From positions 2,445-66,444 of the forward strand of contig JALONR010000007.1 of the NCBI GenBank assembly GCA_025454815.1: 64,000 nt of DNA, read 5' to 3'. This document shows positions 11,612 through 21,119 of the stretch, piece after piece; the stretch's first letter is position 1, and each line of letters opens with the position of its first letter. The notes below the pieces were generated by a model. That model did no database searches and was not told the DNA's origin. It was given only the letters and a program-made list of their open reading frames with translations. Source of the stretch: Bacteroidales bacterium (GTDB lineage: Bacteria; Bacteroidota; Bacteroidia; Bacteroidales; VadinHA17). The position numbers and the translations under genes are program-made.

Positions 11612-13776
11612 GAAAACAATTTCTGACAACCCTGCTGTTACTGGCATTTGCAATGCCTGTATCACTAGCCGACGAGGGGATGTGGATCCCTGTCCTGATT
11701 GAAAAGTACAACATTAAACTGATGCAGGAGAACGGCTTCAAACTGACAGCCGAAGATATCTACAGCATCAACAGGGCTTCAATGAAGGATGCCGTGGTGC
11801 TCTTCGGTGGCGGTTGCACCGGGGAATTCATCTCTGATAAAGGGCTGATAATCACCAATCATCACTGCGGTTACGGATACATACAGAATCACTCCACGCT
11901 TGATCATGACTATCTCACCGACGGTTTCTGGGCCGGTTCAAACAAGGAGGAGCTCTCAAACCCCGGTCTCTCGGTTACAATCCTGAAATATATGGAAGAT
12001 GTCACTGACAGGGTTCTCAACGGTGTGACGGAAGAGATGGACAAAGAGAAGCGTGATGCACTGATCAATGCAAACATCACTGCCATCAATGCCGATGCGG
12101 TGAAGGGGACTCATTATGTATCGGCCGTCAGGCCCTTCTTCCTTGGCAATCAGTATTTCCTGCTTGTTAATGAAGTTTTCCGTGATGTCAGGCTGGTAGG
12201 GGCTCCCCCTTCTGCCATAGGGAAGTTCGGAGGCGACACTGATAACTGGGTGTGGCCCAGGCACACAGGTGACTTCTCTCTTTTCAGGGTATATGCTGAC
12301 AGGGAAAACAAGCCTGCCGCATACTCTGCGGAGAATGTGCCTTACCGTCCGGCGTATCATTTCCCCGTCTCGCTTGCCGGCGTGAAGGAGGGCGATTTCA
12401 CCATGGTCTTCGGGTATCCCGGGAGAACACAGCAATACGCACCTTCGTATCACATCCGCATGCTGAAGGAGGTAATCTATCCGAAACAGGTTGAGATACG
12501 TGGTAAAAAGATTTCCATAATGGAACAGGAGATGGCAAAGGACCAGCTCGTCAGGCTTAAATATTCAGGTAAATCGTTCGGGCTGGCCAATGGCTGGAAG
12601 AAGTGGATAGGGGAGATACAGAGCCTTGATAAAATGAATGGCGTGGCACGGAAGGAAGCCTTCGAGAAGGAGTTCATGGAGTGGGTTGCAGCTGACCCTG
12701 AGCGGGTGAAGAAATATGGAAAAATACTCGATGAATACAGGGATATTTATAAAACCTACACCCATAACTACCTTGTAAACACCTACACCAATGAGGTATT
12801 CGGTTCCGCCGGTGTTGAACCGGCCTCGTTGGCTGCCGCATTCAGAAGAGCCGTTGAGATGGCAGAGAAGAAGGATCCGGGACTGGAGAAGGAATTGCAA
12901 AGGCTGCGTGATTATACTGACAATTACTTCCGCAACTTTGACCGGCATGTTTCCGAGCAGCTTTTTGTGGCTGTAATGGATCTTTATGGAAAGAATATTG
13001 AACCCGGGTGGCAGGCAGAAGCCTACAGGGAGCTTGCTGCAGGTTGCAGGGGTGATTTCGGCTCCGTGGCCGGAAAACTCTTTGATAAATCGATCTTTGC
13101 CGAAGAAAACAGGGTGAAGGATCTCATCTCCAGGTTTGACCCGAAGAAGGTGGAGAAGGATCCATTCTACAGGATGGCAGTATCTGCCGCAAACCTCATT
13201 GAATCACGGGTAAGGGGAGAGATGGTTGCCGCTGACACCAGGCTTGCAGAGCTGAACAAGCTTTATATGGCGGCACAGATGGAAAAGGAGAGCGACAGGA
13301 TCTTCTATCCCGATGCAAATTCAACTCTCCGGCTGGCATACGGCAGGGTTATGGGCTATGATTCACGTGATGCGGTCTACCACAAGCATCAGACAACGCT
13401 GACGGGAGTCATGGAAAAGGACAATCCGGAGATATATGATTATGACGTTCCTGACAGGCTCAGGGAGCTGTATCTGAAGAAGGATTTCGGCAGATATAAC
13501 GTTGACGGTGAAGTTCCCGTATGCTTCATTGCCAACAACCACACCACAGGAGGCAACTCGGGAAGTCCCGTTCTGAACGCCGATGGTCACCTGATAGGGG
13601 TCAACTTTGACCGCGCATGGGAGGGCGTTGCATCAGACATAATGTTTAACCCGAAGCAGAGCCGGAACATCAGCCTTGACATCAGGTATGTGCTGTTTAT
13701 TATAGACAAGTTTGCGGGCGCAGGTTATCTCATTGATGAGATGACACTGGTTGGTGAGCCTCAGCATACTCCCTGA
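11608..13776 (+). CDS. S46-family dipeptidyl-peptidase (DPP7/DPP11-like), secreted
   Basis: Signal peptide followed by ADEGMWIP. Catalytic His in ITNHHCGY and Ser in GGNSGSPV. 722 aa. Confidence 0.9.
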   Translation: MRKQFLTTLLLLAFAMPVSLADEGMWIPVLIEKYNIKLMQENGFKLTAEDIYSINRASMKDAVVLFGGGCTGEFISDKGLIITNHHCGYGYIQNHSTLDHDYLTDGFWAGSNKEELSNPGLSVTILKYMEDVTDRVLNGVTEEMDKEKRDALINANITAINADAVKGTHYVSAVRPFFLGNQYFLLVNEVFRDVRLVGAPPSAIGKFGGDTDNWVWPRHTGDFSLFRVYADRENKPAAYSAENVPYRPAYHFPVSLAGVKEGDFTMVFGYPGRTQQYAPSYHIRMLKEVIYPKQVEIRGKKISIMEQEMAKDQLVRLKYSGKSFGLANGWKKWIGEIQSLDKMNGVARKEAFEKEFMEWVAADPERVKKYGKILDEYRDIYKTYTHNYLVNTYTNEVFGSAGVEPASLAAAFRRAVEMAEKKDPGLEKELQRLRDYTDNYFRNFDRHVSEQLFVAVMDLYGKNIEPGWQAEAYRELAAGCRGDFGSVAGKLFDKSIFAEENRVKDLISRFDPKKVEKDPFYRMAVSAANLIESRVRGEMVAADTRLAELNKLYMAAQMEKESDRIFYPDANSTLRLAYGRVMGYDSRDAVYHKHQTTLTGVMEKDNPEIYDYDVPDRLRELYLKKDFGRYNVDGEVPVCFIANNHTTGGNSGSPVLNADGHLIGVNFDRAWEGVASDIMFNPKQSRNISLDIRYVLFIIDKFAGAGYLIDEMTLVGEPQHTP

Positions 13777-16700
13777 CCTGGAACATGAAGGCCTGCAGCC
13801 GGGTCTCCAGCGACACTGTATCCTGCCCGTCATAAGGTATATTGAGGAAGGGAATATTCTCGTGGTCCTTGCGAAATGAGTCGCTCACCGAAGCCACCAG
13901 TGTTCCGGGCATGCAGGTGAACGGGAGTATTGCGGCAATGCCGGAGACACCTCTCTCTGCAAGGGCAGCCGATGAACCCATGGCTATCGGCGGGTCACCG
14001 TCATAGAACTCGCTCACGTACCTGTTGCTCAGTTTAAGAATCTCATGGAGTGACACATCCTTGGTGGTGTCGGTATATTTGTTGATGCCACGGAGGAGAT
14101 AGTCCACTATCACCTCCTGCCCGATACCCTGTATCTTCGATTTGATCAGGCCCCTGGTGTCATTCTTCCACTTGCTGTCGCGTCCGTAGCGGTGTGTCGA
14201 ATAGGTGATCCACTCAGAGAATGGCCCTATAACAACTTCCGCACCCAGGGCCTCGAGCCTGTTGGCGATGTTGCCGTTGCACCCGGCGTTATCACGCATG
14301 TAGATCTCTCCCAGTACTGCAACCACAGGCCTTCGGCGGCTTCTGTCAACCTTAACAGCCATGAACTCATTGGCTATGCCCACAAGGATGCCTCGCAGAC
14401 CCCTGCTGTTATTTTCAATGCATTTCTCAACCTTTTTGATCGCTGCCTGGTACACCGCTTCAGTTTCGCCCGGGTTCAGCTCGTAGGGACGTATCTCACG
14501 GTACAGTTTCCTGATGTAGTCAAATGAGACGAAGCCTTTCCAGGCGTTGATCCTGAACTTCTGACTCTGGTCTCCGGCCAGGTCAGCGTAGGAGGTGTCA
14601 TTTGAAGGCGTCACCAGCTCTGCATCCCTGTAACCCAGCCTGTCAAAGAGAATCCTCTGGAACTGGTTGTACTGCCCGAAACGGCATGGGCCGTTGTGGT
14701 CAGGCATGAAAAAGCTCATCTTCGAGGGATCGCTACCCGGTTCCATGAGTTTTTTGAGGAAGCTCCCCGTGGTGCATATCATCGGGAAACACTCCTTTGA
14801 GGAGGTGTACTTCCTCCCCAGTTCAATATCCTCAGCAGTTTGCTTTGGCAGTACCTCCGAGGGTATGCCTATACTGCGTGCCGCGGCTGCCACAAAATAG
14901 GCTCCGTCATGCATGTAGGGAAAATAGAGGGTCCTGTCAACAGGAGGCTTGGACGGGCTGGGACGCGGCCGGATGACGATAAACTCTTTCTTCTCATTCT
15001 GTTCGGCTCCCCTGAGGCTGTCAAGGAAAGCCTCGATACGGGTCACCATGCCGGCGTCGGCAGAGTGCTCGTCAACCTCCAGGTGAAGGAACGGCTTGCC
15101 CTTCAGCTCTTCGGTGACATAGTGCCAGATGAATGAGTCGGGACCGCACCTGAAGTTGCTGATATAGACTGCATAAAGACCATCGGTTTTGGCAACATAC
15201 TGCGCTGCGGCAATCATCTTCTGCCCGTTGGGCCAGTACATGTTCCGGTAGTTGCTGTAGATATGCGACAGTGAGAGATCAAGCATATCAAGCGGAATGG
15301 GCATGACATCCTGTGCCAGCAGCTTCTCGGTGAGATTAAGGTTCAGGTGCGGGTCAGATCCGTTATAGGGCCGGCCCAGGATGACCACCGGCCGGAATCC
15401 GGCGGGGATGCTGGCCATCACCTCACGACCGTATGCCACAAGTGACTTTTCAAATGATACCTGAACACCGTCAGCCTTGTAGATGGCCTTTTTGATCCTT
15501 TCGCCGGTCAGACTGAACCTGTCGCCAAAGAATGCTGTGAGCTCCTTCACCAGGGCACGCTCAAAATACCTGAAGTGGAGGGTGGGAGTGAGGAACTTCG
15601 TTTCATCCACCTTGCCGCGCAGGGCCGCCCTGACCATGAAGGGATATGACTGTATCCAGGGACAGTTGGAGTTTGTTGTCTTATCTCCCTCCTTGTATTT
15701 GCCGCTCACAATGAAGGGGAGAAAGACGTAATCCACGTCCTTGTCAATCAGGTCAATGACATGTCCGTGCATCAGCTCTACGGGCAGGCAGGTCTCGGAT
15801 GTCATGGTCTCAATCGACTGAGTCATCAGTTTCTTGTCAGACTCCCTGGAGAGTACCACATTGAATCCCAGCTCTTCAAAAAAGGTCCTCCAGAACGGGA
15901 ACTGCTGATAATAGACCATCAGCGCCCTGGGGATACCCACGGTAGGCTTGCCGTCAGGCGCCTTCTCGCGGTAATCACCCATGAGCATCTCCGTTCTTTT
16001 GATGAAGAGGTTGGGGATGTGGTCTGTCTTCTTCTTCCGTCCGTCGGTCTCGTACTTCTCGCACCGGCCGCCGTAGAAGAGCGGCTTGTCTTCTCCTTCG
16101 ATCTTCACCCTGCTTATCTCGCAGTGGTTTACACACGCATTGCAGACGAACCTGCTTATCTCGTAGGTGGCATTGGCTATGCCGAAGCCCTTGAAGGTAG
16201 TCTTCTGTCCTTCAGCCATCGACTTCTGTGCAAGTATGGCTGCCCCTATGGCGCCTGTGACATCGAAGTGGGGAGGGATAATGATTTTCTTGCCGACAAC
16301 CTGTTCGAAGGCAGCCACCACGGCCTTGTTGTTGGTCACGCCTCCCTGGAAGAATATCTTGTCACCCACCTTGCGGTCAGCCACCACCTTCTGGAGGTAG
16401 TTGTATACGATGGAATAGGCCAGGCCGCCAACGAGGTTATCGTTTCTGGCACCCTTCTGCATGAAGGAGTTAAGGTCAGACTCCATGAAGACGGTACACC
16501 GGTCGCCGAGTTTGACGGGAGACTCTGACTTCAGAGCCATGCATCCGAACTCATCCACGATTTTTATATTCAGCTTCTCGGCCTGCTCCTCGAGGAATGA
16601 ACCCGTGCCCGCAGCACAGACCTTGTTCATCTCAAAGTCGACCACCACCCCGTTCTCAATGCTTATGTACTTCGAATCCTGGCCACCGATCTCGAAGATG

Positions 16701-17977
16701 GTGTCGACGGTAGGGTCATAGTCTATTGCGGCGGTTGCCTGGGCGGTTATCTCGTTACGGATGGTATCGGCACCGATAAAGTCGCCGGTAAGATAACGTC
16801 CTGACCCGGTAGTCCCGGCCCCGATAACCTCCACATGTTCTCCCACCTCGGCGAAAATCTCCGTCATTCCCCTCTGTATGGCTTCAAGAGGCTTGCCGGC
16901 GGTTGGCAGGTATCTCCTGGCCACCACATTGTGTTCGGGGTCTATCAGCACGACGTTGGTGCTGAGTGAGCCTACATCGATGCCCAGGTATACAGGGGTC
17001 TTTTCAGTGCCGTTCTTTTTGAATCTCACCTCTTTGTTGTAGGTGGCTTCAGATTCCTTCAGCTTAGGCAGGTTACTGAAGACCGAGCTGTTGTCTTCAA
17101 GGTACTTCTCCAGGCTGGACAGTCCCTGAAACTTACCCATTTGCAGCCCGTTGGAATGGGCATACATGACGGCACCGATGGCACCCATTGAGGCATGATG
17201 TTCAGGTATAATCAGCTCATCGCCGGTAAGGTCAAGGACCTCCCTGAATGCCCTTACCATTCCGATGTTTGCGGCGACACCACCTGAGAAGATGACGGGT
17301 TTGACTATCTCCTTGCTACGCGCCACCGTGCTCCGGAAGTTCCTTGCGAGGGCAAAGCAGAGGCCGGCCACTATATCATGCAGCGGGGTGGCCAGCTGCT
17401 GGTGGTGTATCATGTCGCTCTTGGCAAAGACGCTGCATCGTCCTGCTATGCGGGGCGGGTTGACGGAGCGCATGGCCATCTCACCGAACTCCTTCTCGAT
17501 GGGTACACCTATTCTCTTCGCCTGCTGGTCGAGGAATGACCCTGTTCCGGCGGCACATATGCTGTTCATCTCAAAATCGACCAGCCTGGGATATTCGTCG
17601 GATGGCAGCCTTTCAAGGATAATCAGCTTGGAGTCTTCTCCGCCTATCTCAATCACTGTGCGGGCATCTGGGAAGAGTTTTCCGGCCGCAGTGGCCTGGG
17701 CTATTATCTCATTGACGAAGATACCTCCTATGTGTCCGGCAGCTAGTTTGCCGCCGGTGCCCGTCAGGGCAACCCCCTTTATTGTATCGGCTGGATGGTC
17801 CTTAAGGATTGCGGTGAGACGCTCATGGAGAACATTGAATGGCTTGCCATGGACATAATCATAATAGTCTTCAAGGATGTTATGTTCTTCGTCCATAACA
17901 ACACAGTTCAGGGAGACTGAACCGATATCAAGACCGATTATAATACCTGCTTCCGGTAATCCTCCGCGCGTGTCCAT
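13730..17977 (-). CDS. fused 2x BcrAD/BadFG (HgdC-like) ATPase plus 2x dehydratase-like (DUF2229/HgdB-like) protein, annotated in databases as CoA-substrate-specific enzyme activase
   Basis: Two tandem ASKHA ATPase modules (LDIGSVSLN...CAAGTGSFLDQQA and IDVGSLSTN...CAAGTGSFLEEQA), a Cys motif CNACVNHC, and a ~750-aa C-terminal region. 1415 aa. Confidence 0.85.
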   Translation of the reverse strand: MDTRGGLPEAGIIIGLDIGSVSLNCVVMDEEHNILEDYYDYVHGKPFNVLHERLTAILKDHPADTIKGVALTGTGGKLAAGHIGGIFVNEIIAQATAAGKLFPDARTVIEIGGEDSKLIILERLPSDEYPRLVDFEMNSICAAGTGSFLDQQAKRIGVPIEKEFGEMAMRSVNPPRIAGRCSVFAKSDMIHHQQLATPLHDIVAGLCFALARNFRSTVARSKEIVKPVIFSGGVAANIGMVRAFREVLDLTGDELIIPEHHASMGAIGAVMYAHSNGLQMGKFQGLSSLEKYLEDNSSVFSNLPKLKESEATYNKEVRFKKNGTEKTPVYLGIDVGSLSTNVVLIDPEHNVVARRYLPTAGKPLEAIQRGMTEIFAEVGEHVEVIGAGTTGSGRYLTGDFIGADTIRNEITAQATAAIDYDPTVDTIFEIGGQDSKYISIENGVVVDFEMNKVCAAGTGSFLEEQAEKLNIKIVDEFGCMALKSESPVKLGDRCTVFMESDLNSFMQKGARNDNLVGGLAYSIVYNYLQKVVADRKVGDKIFFQGGVTNNKAVVAAFEQVVGKKIIIPPHFDVTGAIGAAILAQKSMAEGQKTTFKGFGIANATYEISRFVCNACVNHCEISRVKIEGEDKPLFYGGRCEKYETDGRKKKTDHIPNLFIKRTEMLMGDYREKAPDGKPTVGIPRALMVYYQQFPFWRTFFEELGFNVVLSRESDKKLMTQSIETMTSETCLPVELMHGHVIDLIDKDVDYVFLPFIVSGKYKEGDKTTNSNCPWIQSYPFMVRAALRGKVDETKFLTPTLHFRYFERALVKELTAFFGDRFSLTGERIKKAIYKADGVQVSFEKSLVAYGREVMASIPAGFRPVVILGRPYNGSDPHLNLNLTEKLLAQDVMPIPLDMLDLSLSHIYSNYRNMYWPNGQKMIAAAQYVAKTDGLYAVYISNFRCGPDSFIWHYVTEELKGKPFLHLEVDEHSADAGMVTRIEAFLDSLRGAEQNEKKEFIVIRPRPSPSKPPVDRTLYFPYMHDGAYFVAAAARSIGIPSEVLPKQTAEDIELGRKYTSSKECFPMICTTGSFLKKLMEPGSDPSKMSFFMPDHNGPCRFGQYNQFQRILFDRLGYRDAELVTPSNDTSYADLAGDQSQKFRINAWKGFVSFDYIRKLYREIRPYELNPGETEAVYQAAIKKVEKCIENNSRGLRGILVGIANEFMAVKVDRSRRRPVVAVLGEIYMRDNAGCNGNIANRLEALGAEVVIGPFSEWITYSTHRYGRDSKWKNDTRGLIKSKIQGIGQEVIVDYLLRGINKYTDTTKDVSLHEILKLSNRYVSEFYDGDPPIAMGSSAALAERGVSGIAAILPFTCMPGTLVASVSDSFRKDHENIPFLNIPYDGQDTVSLETRLQAFMFQVREYAEAHQPVSSHQ

Positions 17978-18170
17978 TGCTTAAGTATTATTAAAAGTAA
18001 AGAACTATCCCTTCTAAAATTGATAATACCAATTTAGTAATTTTTACACATTGATTTATTTAATGTGCACAAATATCATATGAAACAAAACACTTACGGG
18101 AGGCAGCTCCGGCCGCAGGAGCATCATTATTGTGGAACCGGATATTGATTTTGCGGCGACTCCATCGGGC

Positions 18171-18213
18171 AGGAAAAAGCAAAAGATCGCCACCCGGTGA
18201 GGGGACGATCTTT
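18171..18213 (-). terminator. Rho-independent terminator downstream of hcp
   Basis: On the minus strand there is a hairpin AAAGATCG(TCCCC TCACC GGGTGG)CGATCTTT followed by TTTTGCTTTTTCC. It lies 60 nt past the hcp stop. Confidence 0.7.
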
Positions 18214-18272
18214 GCACTGTACCGGTACCGCCAGTACCTGGTACATGGCAGACCGCTAAATCAAATATTCTC

Positions 18273-19919
18273 CTAGTTAAGCAGGATCTTCATATCCTCA
18301 TCGGGCGTAGTAACGCCTGTTATCCCGAACTTTTCCACAAGCACGCCGGCCACGTTGGCTGAAAGGAACCCGGGGAGTGTCGGCCCGAGATGAATATTCT
18401 TCACACCCAGGTAGAGAAGGGCCAGCAGCACGATCACGGCCTTCTGCTCATACCATGCTATGTTGTAAGCAATGGGAAGTTCATTTATATCGTTCTTGCC
18501 GAAGATATCCTTCAGTGTCAGGGCTATTACTGCCAGTGAGTAGGAGTCATTGCACTGGCCGGCATCGAGAATGCGCGGGATGCCGTTTATGTCTCCGAGC
18601 TTCAGCTTGTTGTAACGATACTTGGCGCAACCAGCAGTAAGGATTACAGTATCTTTCGGCAGTTTCTCCGCGAACTCGGTGTAGTAGCTGCGGCTCTTTA
18701 CCCTTCCGTCACAGCCTCCCATGACGAAGAACTTTCTTATGGCACCGCTTTTTACAGCTTCCACAACCTTATCGGCCAGCTGAACCACCTGGTTGTGGGC
18801 AAATCCGCCGATGATTGTTCCTTCTTCAATTGCCACCGGGGGGGCGCATCTCCTGGCATGCTCAATGATGGCAGAGAAATCCTTCTCCTTGCCGGGTTCA
18901 CGGTCTGGAATATGGGGGCACCCGGGGTAGCCTGACGACCCGGTAGTATATACCCGGTCACGGTAGCTGTCGCGTAGGGGAACGATACAGTTGGTTGTAA
19001 AGAGTATTGGTCCGTTGAAGGTCTCGAATTCGGTTGTCTGTTTCCACCATGAGTTGCCGTAATTGCCAACAAAATGGCTGTACTTCTTGAATGCCGGGTA
19101 GTAGTTGGCCGGGAGCATCTCACTGTGCGTGTAGACATCTACTCCCGTTCCCTCGGTCTGGCGCAGCAGTTCTTCCATGTCTTTCATGTCATGTCCGCTG
19201 ATAAGGATGGCCGGATTGTTTCTTACACCAATAAAGACCTCGGTCATCTCCGGGTTGCCATAGGTGGTTGTATTGGCCTTGTCAAGAAGGGCCATTACCT
19301 CAACACCGTGCTTGCCTGTCTCCAGGACCAGGGCTACCAGTTCATCAGCACTGAGGGAATTATCTGTTGTTGCGGCCAGAGCTCTCTGAATGAAGGCATC
19401 AACGGTGTCACTGTTAAAACCGAGGTTGCCTGCATGTTCGGCATATGCAGCCATCCCTTTCACGCCGTAGACCGTAAGCTCTCTCAGTGACCTGATATCC
19501 TCATTTTCAGTAGAGAGAACACCTACAGTCGCTGCCTTTGTCACAAGCTCAGATTCATTTGCCGGCTTCCAGGTAACGCTTTCATGAAGGTTCCCCGGGA
19601 TGGTTATACCGTGGGTTCTGATCTCATCTGCAAATTTATCCCGGAGAGCTATGCCTTCATGGATTTTTGCGATGATCTTTGCATTGTCGAAGTTGGCGTT
19701 TGTAATGGTGGTAAAAAGAGCCTCCTGCACAAAACGGTCAACCTTCGCATTTGAATAGCGGTTCTGCCTGGCTATGGTTCCGAGGATTGAAATCCCCTTG
19801 GCAATCCACACCAGCATGTCCTGCATCCTGGCTACATCCTCATCCTTTCCGCATACGCCCCTTATGACACATCCGGTTCCTTTTGCCGTCTCCTGGCACT
19901 GGTAACAAAACATACTCAT
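18273..19919 (-). CDS. hcp: hybrid cluster protein / hydroxylamine reductase
   Basis: N-terminus [17 protein letters not shown], about 548 aa, with conserved Hcp blocks throughout. The start is set at 19919; the ORF-track extension to 19997 overlaps the upstream gene. Confidence 0.95.
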   Translation of the reverse strand: MSMFCYQCQETAKGTGCVIRGVCGKDEDVARMQDMLVWIAKGISILGTIARQNRYSNAKVDRFVQEALFTTITNANFDNAKIIAKIHEGIALRDKFADEIRTHGITIPGNLHESVTWKPANESELVTKAATVGVLSTENEDIRSLRELTVYGVKGMAAYAEHAGNLGFNSDTVDAFIQRALAATTDNSLSADELVALVLETGKHGVEVMALLDKANTTTYGNPEMTEVFIGVRNNPAILISGHDMKDMEELLRQTEGTGVDVYTHSEMLPANYYPAFKKYSHFVGNYGNSWWKQTTEFETFNGPILFTTNCIVPLRDSYRDRVYTTGSSGYPGCPHIPDREPGKEKDFSAIIEHARRCAPPVAIEEGTIIGGFAHNQVVQLADKVVEAVKSGAIRKFFVMGGCDGRVKSRSYYTEFAEKLPKDTVILTAGCAKYRYNKLKLGDINGIPRILDAGQCNDSYSLAVIALTLKDIFGKNDINELPIAYNIAWYEQKAVIVLLALLYLGVKNIHLGPTLPGFLSANVAGVLVEKFGITGVTTPDEDMKILLN

Positions 19920-19962
19920 GTCTTTAATTTTTTTCGTTTGTACTATAGTTTGATAATGTGTA

Positions 19963-20919
19963 TCAGATCCATTCTTCCTGTAATATCTTCCCGTCAATGC
20001 TTACGATTATGGTCTTGACGGGCACCTTCCGTGAAGCCCTTGCCATTGCGGCACGGACCATCTGTATCAACCCTCCGCAGCATGGCACCTCCATCATCAT
20101 TATTGTAATGGTATTTACTCTTGCGGTGTCAATCATGATTGTGAGCTTGTCAACATAGGTTTCGGTACCATGGTCAAGCTTGGGGCATGCTATTGCCAGT
20201 GCTTTACCCTTGAGGAAGCGGCTGTGGAATGAGCCCAGGGAAAATGCCACGCAATCTGCGGCCAGAAGGAGGTCCGCACCCCTGTAAACCGGAGAGTTTG
20301 GGTTGATAAGATGCATCTGCACGGGCCAGTGAGTCAGCTGTGAGGGAGCTTCAGAACCTGAAGCTGTAAAGAGAGGTGCAGGAGCTATAACTCTCTCTGC
20401 GCTTCCAGGACAACCGCCACCGTGATGCTGATGCTGATGCTGATGCTGATGCTGATGACCCTGGCTATGGCCCTGGTTCTGATTGTGATGCTGGTGTTTA
20501 TTGCCCGGCTCACCTTTCTTAACCGGATTGTTGCTGCCATTCACGGCAGTCAGAACATCCGCCAGGTCAAAAGCCAGCTCGCCGCTGTGAACCTCAAGCC
20601 AGGTGGTACCCTCTTCCAGGTAACCGTACTCATGGTGGTCCTTAAGGTGCTTCAGGTGCGCAATTACTGTGTTGGCGCCCTTTGTTACCATTTCACTGAT
20701 CACGGCAATCTCATCATAAGGCTCTGCCTCACGCTTCTCAATTGTGATCGCCCCTTCCGGGCAGTAACCGATGCAGGCACCAAGCCCGTCACACATAAGC
20801 TCTGATACCAGCCTGACCTTACCGTCTATCACCTGTAGAGCACCCTCATGGCAGTTGGGCACACACAGCCCGCAGCCATTGCACTTCTCCTCATCTATCT
20901 TTATTATGTCTCTCTGCAT
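19963..20919 (-). CDS. 2x[4Fe-4S] ferredoxin-domain protein with His-rich linker and Cys-containing C-terminal domain (hcp-associated, frdX-like)
   Basis: N-terminus contains [11 protein letters not shown] and [12 protein letters not shown]. The middle carries [26 protein letters not shown]. The C-terminus carries AIACPKLD and EVPCCGG. Confidence 0.75.
   Translation of the reverse strand: MQRDIIKIDEEKCNGCGLCVPNCHEGALQVIDGKVRLVSELMCDGLGACIGYCPEGAITIEKREAEPYDEIAVISEMVTKGANTVIAHLKHLKDHHEYGYLEEGTTWLEVHSGELAFDLADVLTAVNGSNNPVKKGEPGNKHQHHNQNQGHSQGHQHQHQHQHQHHGGGCPGSAERVIAPAPLFTASGSEAPSQLTHWPVQMHLINPNSPVYRGADLLLAADCVAFSLGSFHSRFLKGKALAIACPKLDHGTETYVDKLTIMIDTARVNTITIMMMEVPCCGGLIQMVRAAMARASRKVPVKTIIVSIDGKILQEEWI
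20422..20457 (-). repeat. in-frame hexanucleotide tandem repeat (CATCAG)n encoding (HQ)5HH
   Basis: The plus strand reads GTGATG followed by 5x CTGATG. The repeat lies inside the ferredoxin-like CDS. Confidence 0.95.
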
Positions 20920-20942
20920 TGTCCTTTTCCCTGTTTACAATG

Positions 20943-20950
20943 CAAATTTA
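20943..20950 (-). promoter_or_regulatory. Bacteroidota -7 promoter box (TAAATTTG) for the ferredoxin-hcp operon
   Basis: The reverse complement of CAAATTTA matches TAnnTTTG. It lies 24-31 nt upstream of the ATG at 20919. Confidence 0.5.
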
Positions 20951-20971
20951 CCATCCGGGCAGAAGATGGTC

Positions 20972-20987
20972 TGTAACATATGTTACA
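20972..20987. promoter_or_regulatory. perfect 16-bp dyad TGTAACATATGTTACA, candidate Crp/Fnr (HcpR) operator
   Basis: Perfect palindrome in the divergent hcp-operon / regulator intergenic region, centred about 33 nt upstream of the -7 box. Confidence 0.7.
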
Positions 20988-21119
20988 ATATACGATTTAT
21001 TTTTATTTTTATGAAGTTTAACTTGACCTTAACCCGGGAAGGAAAATGATCAGAAAACTTTGTAGAGGTTTCACCCTGCAAGTAAAACAAGACTTAAAAA
21101 ACGCAAAACAATAAAGTGA

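Noticed and set aside
19920-19997. N-terminal 26-aa extension of the hcp ORF ([26 protein letters not shown]).
   Set aside because: It overlaps the 3' end of the upstream ferredoxin-like gene. Hcp proteins start at M(S)MFCYQCQET, so the start is set at 19919.
20422-20457. The (CTGATG)n tandem repeat, considered as a non-coding microsatellite, a phase-variation ON/OFF switch or a CRISPR-like repeat.
   Set aside because: It is in frame inside a CDS and its unit length is 6 nt, so slippage cannot shift the frame. There are no spacers, so it is not CRISPR. It is reported instead as a variable His-tract candidate.
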